A program made the position numbers and the translations under genes. 39,148 nucleotides of DNA from Thermoguttaceae bacterium. Lineage in GTDB: Bacteria; Planctomycetota; Planctomycetia; Pirellulales; Thermoguttaceae. Shown here piece by piece: positions 25,926 through 34,600 of the stretch. The notes under the pieces are model-generated. The model was not told the DNA's origin. It saw only the letters and a program-made list of their open reading frames with translations, and made no database searches. The stretch lies in the NCBI GenBank assembly GCA_049515555.1, contig JBEKTY010000067.1, positions 1 to 39,148 on the forward strand, read 5' to 3'. The number at the start of each line of letters is the position of its first letter. Within the stretch, counting starts at the first letter, position 1.

Positions 25926-26846
25926 ATGGTCACGAACATCGACATCCTGGGACTGGGCTGTACGGCGATCGATGAATTGCTGTACGTCGACGCCTATCCG
26001 CCGCCCGACGGCAAGGTGCAGGTCCGCCACCGCCAACGGCAGTGCGGCGGCCTGACGGCGACGGCCCTGGTCGCGGCGGCACGTATGGGCTGCCGCTGCG
26101 CCTATGCGGGAACCCTGGGCAACACCGAGCTTTCGCAGTTCGTGATCGACCGGCTCCGCGACGAGGGCATCGACACGGCCTGCGTCTGCCGGCGGGCAGA
26201 CGCCCAGCCCGTCCGCTCGGTGGTCATCGTCGACGAGAGCCGCCAGACGCGGGCCATCCTGTTCGATACTGAAGGCGCGCTGGGTGCAGATCCCCTTTGG
26301 CCGCCGGAGGAGATCATCCGCTCGGCCAAGGTGCTGTTCATCGACCATTTCGGCATAGCGGGGATGATCCGCGCCGCCCAGATCGGGCACGGCGCCGGGA
26401 TCCCCGTCGTAGCCGACCTGGAAAGTGCCGACAGCCCGCGGTTCGCAGAGCTGCTGAGCCTCGTCGACCACCTGATCCTCTCGCGCGATTTCGCGCAGGC
26501 GATCACCGGCCAGGCCGACCCGGCAGCCGCTGCGCAGTCGCTGTGGGGGCCGCCGCGCCGCGCAGCCGTGGTTACCTGCGGCAGCGCCGGCTGCTGGTAC
26601 GTAAGCCCCTTGGCGCCCGGCAAGGCGGTGCATCAGCCCGCGCCGGCCGTCGAGGCCGTAGATACCACCGGTTGCGGCGACGTATTCCACGGGGCCTACG
26701 CCGCGGCACTGGTCTTTGGGCTGGAGATCCCGGCCGCGGTACGCTTCGCCTCCGCGGCCGCCGCCTTGAAGGCCACGCGGCATGGCGGCCAGGCGGGCAT
26801 TCCCAACCGGGCGGCCGTGGAAGCCCTCTTCGGCGCCGGCCACTGA
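25926..26846 (+). CDS. PfkB family carbohydrate kinase (ribokinase/KdgK-like)
   Basis: 306 aa with the DTTGCGD anion-hole motif near the C-terminus and the N-terminal GxGxxG-like ILGLGCTAID. Confidence 0.85.
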   Translation: MVTNIDILGLGCTAIDELLYVDAYPPPDGKVQVRHRQRQCGGLTATALVAAARMGCRCAYAGTLGNTELSQFVIDRLRDEGIDTACVCRRADAQPVRSVVIVDESRQTRAILFDTEGALGADPLWPPEEIIRSAKVLFIDHFGIAGMIRAAQIGHGAGIPVVADLESADSPRFAELLSLVDHLILSRDFAQAITGQADPAAAAQSLWGPPRRAAVVTCGSAGCWYVSPLAPGKAVHQPAPAVEAVDTTGCGDVFHGAYAAALVFGLEIPAAVRFASAAAALKATRHGGQAGIPNRAAVEALFGAGH

Positions 26847-26886
26847 CCGATATGAAAAGAAAACCACCCAAGGACATCGAGGACCA

Positions 26887-27690
26887 ATGAACGTTGGAAA
26901 ACAGGTGCGGATGAATCGGATTTTCGCCCATCCTTCCGGGCATCTGTGCTCGGTGGCGGTGGATCATTTCATCAACTACGGCTATGAGATGCCCGAGGGC
27001 CTCCGCCACTTCCGGCAGACCCTGGCGGAAGTCGTGGCCGCCAGGCCCGACGCGGTGACGATTCACAAGGGGCTTGCGGCCGCGGTGTGGGCGGCCCACG
27101 CGGGCCGGGTGCCCTTGATCCTGCAAAGCTCGCTGGGCCGCCCCGGCGAGCCCGCTTGCGAGCAGATTGCCCAGCCCGAGGATGCGGTCCGACTGGGCGC
27201 CGACGGCTTTGCCGTGGCGGCCTTCGTGCGCGGGGCCGGCGAGGCGGCCCATCTGCGGCGGGTGGCCGATTGCGTGCGCCAGGCGGTGGCCTTCGAGATG
27301 CCCGTCATCTGCCACATCTATCCGCGCGACAAGGCGAGCAACATCTCCTTCGCCCCGGACGACATCGCCTGGGCGGTGCGCTGTGCGGTCGAGGTGGGCG
27401 TGGACGTGGTCAAGACGCCCTTCTGCGGCGACGTGGCGGCCCACGCCCAGATCGTCGCCGATTGCCCGCTGCCGCTCGTGGCGGCCGGCGGCCCCAAGGC
27501 CGACTCGCTGCCCGCGGCCCTGGAAATGATCCGCCAGGTGATGCAGAGCGGGGCCCTGGGGGCCACCATCGGACGCAATATCTGGGGCTTCGACCAGATC
27601 CGCGCGGCCGTGCATGCCTTCAAGGCGGTGATCCACGACGGCAAGGAACCCCGCGAGGCACTTCGGCTCGCCGGGCTAGCGGCTTCGTAA
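26887..27690 (+). CDS. Class I aldolase of the DhnA/FbaB (archaeal-type) family
   Basis: The ORF frame runs 26782-27690. The ATG at 26887 gives [28 protein letters not shown]... Length and pattern are typical of DhnA-type class I fructose-bisphosphate / sugar-phosphate aldolases. Confidence 0.75.
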   Translation: MNVGKQVRMNRIFAHPSGHLCSVAVDHFINYGYEMPEGLRHFRQTLAEVVAARPDAVTIHKGLAAAVWAAHAGRVPLILQSSLGRPGEPACEQIAQPEDAVRLGADGFAVAAFVRGAGEAAHLRRVADCVRQAVAFEMPVICHIYPRDKASNISFAPDDIAWAVRCAVEVGVDVVKTPFCGDVAAHAQIVADCPLPLVAAGGPKADSLPAALEMIRQVMQSGALGATIGRNIWGFDQIRAAVHAFKAVIHDGKEPREALRLAGLAAS

Positions 27691-27727
27691 TCCCCAAATC
27701 CCTATACCGTTTCAGGAGGATTCCCAA

Positions 27728-28729
27728 ATGGCAAGACCGATCACGCTGTGCACCGGCCAATGGGCCGACTTGCCCGTGGAGACGCTGGCAGTCAAGGCCA
27801 AGGCCTTCGGCTTCGACGGCCTGGAGCTGGCTTGCGCCGGCGACCACTTCGAGGTCGCCAAGGCGGCCGGCGATCCGCACTACGGCCAGAACAAGCGGAA
27901 AACGCTGGAGAAACTGGGCATGCAGGTGTTTGCCATCAGCAATCACCTGGCCGGGCAGGCGGTGCTGGACCACGTCGACGCGCGGCACAAGGCCATCTTG
28001 CCGGCCTATATCTGGGGCGACGGCGACCCGGCGGGCGTCAGCGCCCGGGCGGCCGAGGACATGAAGAACGCCGCCCGCGCGGCCCGGCAACTGGGCATCG
28101 GCGTCGTCAACGGCTTCACCGGCTCGAGCGTCTGGCACCTGCTGTACTCGTTTCCGCCGGTGCCGCCGGCGATGATCGACGACGGCTTCAAACTCCTGGC
28201 CCAGCGTTGGAACCCGATCCTCGACGTGTTCGGCGAGTGCGGCGTGAAGTTCGCCCTGGAGGTGCATCCCACCGAGATCGCCTTCGATCTGTACACGGCC
28301 CAGCGGGCCCTGGAGGCGCTGGACCATCGTCCGGAGTTCGGGTTCAACTTCGACCCCAGCCACTTGATCTGGCAGGGGGTCAATCCGGCCCGCTTCATTC
28401 GCAAGTTCCCCGGTCGGATCTTCCACGTGCACATGAAGGACGCCATCGTGCGGCTGGACGGCGACAGCGGAATTCTGGCCAGCCACCTGAACTTCGGCGA
28501 TCCGCGGCGGGGGTGGGATTTCCGCTCGCTGGGTCACGGCAGCGTAAATTTTGAAGAGATCATCCGCGCGTTGAACGACGCGGGCTACGGCGGCCCGCTA
28601 TCGGTCGAGTGGGAAGACAACGGCATGGACCGCGAGCACGGCGCCCGGGAGGCCTGCCAGTACGTCAGGAAGCTCGACTTCGCTCCCAGCCGGGTGGCCT
28701 TCGACGCGGTGTTCGACAAGCCCAGTTAG
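27728..28729 (+). CDS. Sugar phosphate isomerase/epimerase (xylose-isomerase-like TIM barrel)
   Basis: 333 aa. Conserved His/Glu/Asp blocks ([20 protein letters not shown]) are typical of AP-endonuclease-2 / xylose-isomerase-like TIM barrels. Confidence 0.8.
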   Translation: MARPITLCTGQWADLPVETLAVKAKAFGFDGLELACAGDHFEVAKAAGDPHYGQNKRKTLEKLGMQVFAISNHLAGQAVLDHVDARHKAILPAYIWGDGDPAGVSARAAEDMKNAARAARQLGIGVVNGFTGSSVWHLLYSFPPVPPAMIDDGFKLLAQRWNPILDVFGECGVKFALEVHPTEIAFDLYTAQRALEALDHRPEFGFNFDPSHLIWQGVNPARFIRKFPGRIFHVHMKDAIVRLDGDSGILASHLNFGDPRRGWDFRSLGHGSVNFEEIIRALNDAGYGGPLSVEWEDNGMDREHGAREACQYVRKLDFAPSRVAFDAVFDKPS

Positions 28730-28745
28730 CATTTAACCACACTCC

Positions 28746-28856
28746 CGCGGGGTGGCACGTCCCTGAGCGCAGCGAAGGGCGTGGTTTGCGGGCCTGCCAC
28801 GCCCTTCGTCCCTCAGGGCGTGCCACCCAATTGTCAAACTTGTTCTTTCGTGGGCC
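28746..28856. repeat. Family-A palindromic element copy 5, inserted in a short operon spacer and flanked by a perfect 20-bp direct repeat ttagcatttaaccacactcc (28725-28744 and 28857-28876; +/-1 nt)
   Basis: Core and flanking direct repeats read directly. The left direct repeat contains the stop codon of the upstream gene. The right one sits immediately 5' of the ggagg RBS of the next gene. Confidence 0.8.
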
Positions 28857-28890
28857 CTTAGCATTTAACCACACTCCGGAGGCACGGATC

Positions 28891-30231
28891 ATGAGCGCCA
28901 GTCACAGGGCCCTCGTCGAGGACCTGGAACAAGCCTTGGCCCAACTGCCGATGTTCGACGTACACACGCACCTGGTGGGCGGGCGGCTCGGCGCCCGCGG
29001 CCTGCACGACATCATCTTGTACCACATGGTCGTCAGCGACCTGTACGCGGCCGGCTGTCCCAGCGGGGCGCGGCTCACGCAGTATCCCGGCTGGCCCGAG
29101 AAGGCCGAGGCCCACGCGCGGATCGAGGAGGCCCTGCCCTACCTGCCGCGGATCCGCAACACGAGCTGCGCCTGGATGGTGCGGATCATTCTGCGGGACC
29201 TGTACGATTGGCACGAGCCGATCACCGAGGGCAACTGGCGCCGCCTGGACGAAATCATTCGCCGCCGGGCCGACGACCGCGCCTGGCAGCATTCGATCTT
29301 CGACCGCCTGAACATTCGCCGCACGTGCGCGGAGTACGCCCGCCGGGGCCCGGGCGAAGACGACGCCCGGCTGCAATACTCGCTGGAGTGGGCCTTCTTC
29401 ACGCGCTGTCAATGGGGCGAGTTCGACACCGCGCTGTACGAGCTGGAACACTGCTGGGGGCGGCAGCCCGAGCCCCCCTCGCCGATCGGCGGGCAGCGGC
29501 CGCCCAGCCAGCGCGTCGTTCGCAGCCTGGAAGACGTGCACGCGGCGATCGAGTATTACGTCAACACGATCCCCTACGAGCAGCTTATAACCACGGCCAC
29601 CACCGTATCGACCGACATCGACTATCGCCCGGTGGGCGACGGCGAGATGGCCGCCGCCCTCCGGCGGCGGGAGCAGGCCGGCCCCGCCGAGCGCGACATT
29701 TATTCATCCTACATCAACGAAGCCTTCCTGACGGCCCTGGAGAAACACGCCGACAGGATCGTCTTCCAGTTCAGCGTGGGCGCCGAGCCCATGCCCTATG
29801 AGACCGCCTGTATCCTCTACCAGCGGACGATCAGGCAATTGGCCGAGATGATCGGGCGGCATCCGCGGCTGCACTTCCAGTGCTTCCTGGCCGCGCGGCA
29901 CGCCAACCAGGCCTTCTGCACGCTCGCCCGCGAGTTGCCCAACCTGAGCCTGGCTGGCTATTGGTGGCACAACTTCTTTCCCCACAGCATCCGGCAAGTC
30001 ATCGCCGAACGGCTCGACATGCTGCCGCTCAACAAGCAGATCGGGTTCTTCTCCGACGCCTATTGCGTGGAGTGGGTCTACGGCAAGGCGCGGATGGCGC
30101 AGAAGCAGTTGGCCCGCGTGCTGGCGGAAAAGATCGAACAAGGCCAGTACACGCGCGACGAGGCCCTGGCGATCGCGGCCACCATCCTCTACGACACGCC
30201 CCGCGAGCTGCTGCACATGGCTCCCGGTTGA
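28891..30231 (+). CDS. Glucuronate isomerase (UxaC)-like / amidohydrolase-superfamily protein (distant)
   Basis: The ORF frame runs 28609-30231. The ATG at 28891 follows ccggagg. The N-terminal FDVHTHL metal-binding motif is present. The C-terminal block GYWWHNFF...IGFFSDAYCVEWVYGKARMAQKQLARVLAEKIEQGQ aligns by eye with the E. coli UxaC C-terminus (GSGWWFNDQ...[20 protein letters not shown]...). Confidence 0.55.
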   Translation: MSASHRALVEDLEQALAQLPMFDVHTHLVGGRLGARGLHDIILYHMVVSDLYAAGCPSGARLTQYPGWPEKAEAHARIEEALPYLPRIRNTSCAWMVRIILRDLYDWHEPITEGNWRRLDEIIRRRADDRAWQHSIFDRLNIRRTCAEYARRGPGEDDARLQYSLEWAFFTRCQWGEFDTALYELEHCWGRQPEPPSPIGGQRPPSQRVVRSLEDVHAAIEYYVNTIPYEQLITTATTVSTDIDYRPVGDGEMAAALRRREQAGPAERDIYSSYINEAFLTALEKHADRIVFQFSVGAEPMPYETACILYQRTIRQLAEMIGRHPRLHFQCFLAARHANQAFCTLARELPNLSLAGYWWHNFFPHSIRQVIAERLDMLPLNKQIGFFSDAYCVEWVYGKARMAQKQLARVLAEKIEQGQYTRDEALAIAATILYDTPRELLHMAPG

Positions 30232-30300
30232 GCCCAGGCGAATGTCATACTTGACGAACCAAAAGAGAAGCCCTCGGCGACGCTGGAAGACGACGGCATT

Positions 30301-30441
30301 CTAGCCGCCGGCCTTCTTCAGCTTCCTAGCCTTCTTCTTTGGCTTAGCCTGGAGCAGCCGTTTGACGGCCTCTTCAAAGGGCAGGTCGATTTTGTTGCTG
30401 TGCGGCCCGTTCCTGGCGCTCACAGCAGTGTGCTTCTTCAT
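30301..30441 (-). CDS. Small lysine-rich ORF (46 aa, MKKHTAVSARNGPHSNKIDLPFEEAVKRLLQAKPKKKARKLKKAGG). It overlaps the 3' end of the upstream gene in another frame. It is either a separate small protein or the true C-terminus after a frameshift
   Basis: Translated by hand from the minus strand. It starts inside the final 67 nt of the 166-aa ORF and has a basic C-terminal tail. Confidence 0.25.
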   Translation of the reverse strand: MKKHTAVSARNGPHSNKIDLPFEEAVKRLLQAKPKKKARKLKKAGG

Positions 30442-30874
30442 GGCCGGATCGCCGTCGCCTCATGATTGTGACAACCTCTCCATACGCACCGTCCGCCAAC
30501 ACTTCCGGTGTGGCGTGGTTTATATCGTCCTCCGGACCAAGCTTGCTTGTCCACGTACCGTCCGCAATTAGTTGACGGGCCGCGTGTGTATACATGCCCT
30601 CACGACCATAGACAGCGATCCTTTCGTATTCCGGTTCGCACGCGGCGGAATCGCAGGCAACATATCCGTACCGCTCAAAGACGCGAACGAGCGATTGAAC
30701 TTTGTAGTTGCAGTAAGGCGGACCGACGGGCCAAAAGCGGCCTGTTACGGGCTCCCACCATTCCCCCCGCGCACCGCAGGCATGCGCGATACAGTTTTCA
30801 TCGGGTACCGGATCGCTGGTCAGGCGATAGTTACCCGTTCGCATGTTGGGGAAGTCTGCAAGGTTAATCGTCAC
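30374..30874 (-). CDS. Hypothetical 166-aa protein with conserved Cys/His positions (possible papain-like Cys-His hydrolase fold; unassigned)
   Basis: GTG start overlapping the upstream stop (GTGA), so it is translationally coupled. The motifs DENCIAHACG, GMYTHAARQL and GTWTSKLG...DDINH suggest a Cys/His catalytic arrangement. The C-terminal 20 aa may be a frame artefact. Confidence 0.5.
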   Translation of the reverse strand: MTINLADFPNMRTGNYRLTSDPVPDENCIAHACGARGEWWEPVTGRFWPVGPPYCNYKVQSLVRVFERYGYVACDSAACEPEYERIAVYGREGMYTHAARQLIADGTWTSKLGPEDDINHATPEVLADGAYGEVVTIMRRRRSGHEEAHCCERQERAAQQQNRPAL

Positions 30875-31614
30875 TTAGCGTACCCGTTTCCTTTACCCCA
30901 GGCTAGCCAGGCGTTGGCAATTTCTCGGAGCTTTCCCCAAGACTCCCGAGGAACTGGATCGCTGCCCGTGATGGCACGCAGCGCCCAGTCCCAGTGATCG
31001 GGTCGTTCTCGCATTTCTTCGAGCAGCAACGGAATCGCGCGGTCTCCCATGCCGATTATCTGCTGGTACGCGGGATGTATCACCAGGTCTGTCAGCTTGG
31101 AGCTGTGGCCGCGATCGGATTTCCAGACAGCGACCAGATTGCTGAAACGTTGCCGCACCGCCTCATGCACCGGCTCTGGCAAACACCCCTCACTCCCACG
31201 CATGGCCTCTCGGATTCGCAGCGCCAGGGACCAGGCCGACTTCGGTGTCACTCCTAGCTCGCGGGCGATCTGGCGGCTGCTGACGCCCTTGCTGCTGCTG
31301 GTCATCAGGTCGAGGGCCCTAAGCCATTTGGACAGCGGCAGCTTGCTTTCCTCGAAGATCGTACCGACCCTTACCGTGAATTGTCGGCGGCAATCCTTGC
31401 ACTTCTTCAGCCCTAGCCGACCAGGACTCTTGCTTCCCGGCTTAGCGACAAGTGGGTAGCCTTTCCCGCCACAATAAGGGCAAACCGGAACACCATTTGG
31501 CCAGCGTTGAGTCTCCAGGAAGCACCGTGCCCGGCCCTCGTCTGTAAAAAGCGCCGAAAGGTTGGTAGGATACGCCTTGGCGGCAGTTCCGGTAAGGGGA
31601 TTCTTCGCGGTCAT
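30871..31614 (-). CDS. Zinc-ribbon + HTH protein whose N-terminus resembles an IS1595-type transposase N-terminal DNA-binding module, fused to a non-DDE ~105-aa C-terminal domain (domesticated transposase-derived regulator candidate)
   Basis: The ORF frame runs 30871-31710. The ATG at 31614 follows gaggaag. The pattern ETQRWPNGVPVCPYCGG...KCKDCRRQFTVRVGTIFEESKLPLSKWLRALDLMTSSSKGVSSRQIARELGVTPKSAW matches, by memory, the Zn_Tnp_IS1595 + HTH pattern (LRWPNG..CP.CG....C..C...FS...GTIF...KLPL.KW...YLM...KGISA.QL...LGV..KTAW). There is no EVDETY/DDE block afterwards. Confidence 0.6.
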   Translation of the reverse strand: MTAKNPLTGTAAKAYPTNLSALFTDEGRARCFLETQRWPNGVPVCPYCGGKGYPLVAKPGSKSPGRLGLKKCKDCRRQFTVRVGTIFEESKLPLSKWLRALDLMTSSSKGVSSRQIARELGVTPKSAWSLALRIREAMRGSEGCLPEPVHEAVRQRFSNLVAVWKSDRGHSSKLTDLVIHPAYQQIIGMGDRAIPLLLEEMRERPDHWDWALRAITGSDPVPRESWGKLREIANAWLAWGKGNGYAK

Positions 31615-31678
31615 AGCTTCCTCGCCTACCCACAATTGTACCCTGATGATCGGGTTTGCCAAGTATAACATTCCACAG

Positions 31679-34600
31679 ATGATACTTGCCCCCCTCTTGC
31701 TCTTGTTCACCGGTGCACTGCTGCCATCGGCCGTTCCGCTGTCCGCGGCGACGCCAGAGCCGGTCGCTATTGCGGCCTTGCCTAAACTGCACAGCGGCGT
31801 GCCAGCCTATCCGGTTCCGTTCATGGCCGTCGCCCGCACGCCGCATACAATCGCCCCCTTGCCCGGCAGGGCCATCGACATCCAAACCGACTTCGGCTAT
31901 CCGGCCGGTTTTTCCGGACTGGTGGACGCGGCGATCGGATCGGTGGGCTACCCCGGCTATCGCAATTTCTCGAACCTGGACATCGCCTACGACGCCGAGA
32001 AGCTTTGCCTGCTGGTTTGCGTGCCCTATCCTTACGGGCGGAAGACGCGGGCCCAGGCCACCGAGCCCTCGCCCGAGCTGCTCGCCGACGACGTCTTCGA
32101 GGTGCTCATCGATCCGCGCGACGAGCAGGGCCGCTCGAAGGGCCCGCTGTATCGCGTCGTGGGCAACGCCGCCGGCGTGTGCCGGATCGACCGCGACCTG
32201 CCGCAAATCGGCCAGCCGCACCAGGCGTGGCAGGCGGCGGTAAAATACGGCAGCATGATGTGGGACCCCATGGGAAGCTGGATGGCCGCCGTGCAGATTC
32301 CCTTCCACGATCTGGGCGGGGCGCCCAAAGACGGCCAGGTGTGGGGCATCCAGGCCGCCCTCCGCTACGTCGATCCGAAGATCACCGCCGTGCTGTCGCC
32401 GGCCGACGATTTTACCGATCGCGCGCGCTTCGCCCGGCTGCGCTTCGACGCCGGGCGGAGGGCCAATTACCGCTGCCATTGGCTCTCGGCCGACGAGATC
32501 AAGCAGGGGACCTTCTGCGTGGGCGGCATCTTCAGCAACGGCGCCCATGAGCCGGCATGGTTCGACGGCCGCGTGACGCTGCAGAAGGGCGATCGGCCGC
32601 TGGGCGGCGGAACCTTCGCCCACGCCGCCCAGCCGCTCTCGAAATACGACGGCGACATGGAGCCCTGTCGATTCCCGTCGCAAGCCTCCGGTCCCACCCA
32701 GCGCGACACTGTCGCCCGGTTGGTAGTGACCGACCGCCAGGCCGCAACGATCGTGTACGACCAGTTCCTGCCGTACTGGCAAATGGCCCCCGGCGAGCGC
32801 GACTGGCTGAAGCGGCATTTCGCCAGGGAATTCACCTTCCACGCCGGCCCTTATCCGTCCCGCGGCGCGATCGACTACCGCATCGACTGCCAGACGTTGA
32901 TGGAGGCCCTGCCCCAGGCGGCCCGGGCCGTGGTGACGGTCACTAGCGGCGGCCGGCAGTTGGCCCGGCAGGAACAGCCGCTGCCCAAGGACGGCAAGAT
33001 CGCCGAGACGATCAACGTCGGCGCCATGACCGACGGGGCGACGTATGAGATCGCCGCGGCCATCGTCCGCAGCGACTCTCAGCCCCTCAGTACGCAGCGC
33101 GAAACCTTCACGCGGAAGGTCATGCCGTTCGAGACCGCCCCGCCGGCCGGTGTGGCGGACCTGGTGTCGCCGCCCTTCACGCCGCCCAAGATCGGCCAGG
33201 ACAGTATCGCCTGCATCGGGCGGACCTATACGCACGGCCGGCAAGGCCTCTTGGAAAGCCTCGTCGCCGCCGGCCGGGAGCTGCTCGCCGCTCCGGCCAC
33301 TCTGAAGGTGAAGGTCGGCGATCAGGCCGCCGTGGCCCTGGCCGGCGACGCGCCCACGCTGGCCGCCCACGGAAAAGGGCAGGCTGCCTGCCGGCAGACG
33401 TTCGCCGGAGCGGGGCTGAAAATGACGGTCGACGGCCGTTTCGACTACGACGGTTTCTACCGCTTCTCGGTGCTACTCGCGCCCGGCGCGGCGGCGGTGG
33501 ACCTCAAGCAGTGCTACTTGGAGCTGCCCATCCGGGAGTCGCACGCCACGCTCATGGACGCGCCCGTGGAGTGGATGTCGAAGGACTGGCGCCGCTCGAC
33601 CGGCTTTCTTCCCGCGGCGCAAGGCCGCCTATGGGACTCCAAGCGATTCCCCTTCGCCGTGCGGGAGCGCAAGGGCAACATGCCGCCCTACTGCTGGATC
33701 GGCGACGACGACCGCGGCATTGGCTACTCCTGCGCCTCGGACCAGGGCATGCACAACGACGACGCCCTGCCCGCCGTAACCATCGATCGCGAAGGCCGGG
33801 CGGTGGTCTTGCGGGCCTGGTTCGTCAACAAGCCCCTCACGCTCGGTGCGCCGCGGACTTTCCAATTCGCCTTGCAGGCCAGCCCCTATAAACCCCTCGA
33901 TCCTCAACACCGCCTGTGGCGCTGCGGCGTGGCCCGGCCCGAGTGCTGCTACGGACCGTCTGGCCGCTACTTTCACTCGGGCTGGGGAATCGGCTGCTAT
34001 TATCCGACGTACGGGCGATTCCTGGACCTCGACCGGAACGCCGAGGCCATCCGCCGCGTCCGCCGCTCGGGCTACGACTTCATCGCCGCCTCCGCCTCCG
34101 CCTGCTCCGAGTGCGGCGGCACACCCGAGTACCAGCAGTTCTGGCGCGAGTGGGGTAGCGCCCTGGGCTGGGACAAAATGCCCCTGGGTCCCTTGCCGGA
34201 ATGGATGCAGAAACTTATGAAAGACTCGGGCCGGCCCTACACCGGCTACGTGGCCGTGGAAAGCGCCTCCAATAGCGCCCCCAGCAACTTGGACTATCGT
34301 GCCTGGTGGTTCCAGCAGGTGGCCGCCAATTGCGACACGAGCATGATCTACCAGGACAATCCGCCCTACGGCTACTTCGATCAGCCGGCCGTGGGCTACG
34401 GCTACACCCGCGACGACGGCCTGCGCGAGCCGACCTCGGCCACCTGGAACGCGCGGACCTTTATGCGACGGGCCCTGCACATAGCCGTCGAGAGCGGCAC
34501 CCGCAACCCGGCCCCGGGTGTCTATCCCAACATCTGCGGCTCGGCCCAAGCGGGCCGCAGCTTCTGCTTCCGCGGCCTCATAGGCGAAGACCTCGAGTCC

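Noticed and set aside
30871-31710. Intact IS1595-family insertion sequence
   Set aside because: Only the N-terminal Zn-ribbon/HTH is transposase-like. No DDE domain or terminal inverted repeats flank the gene, so I did not call a mobile element.
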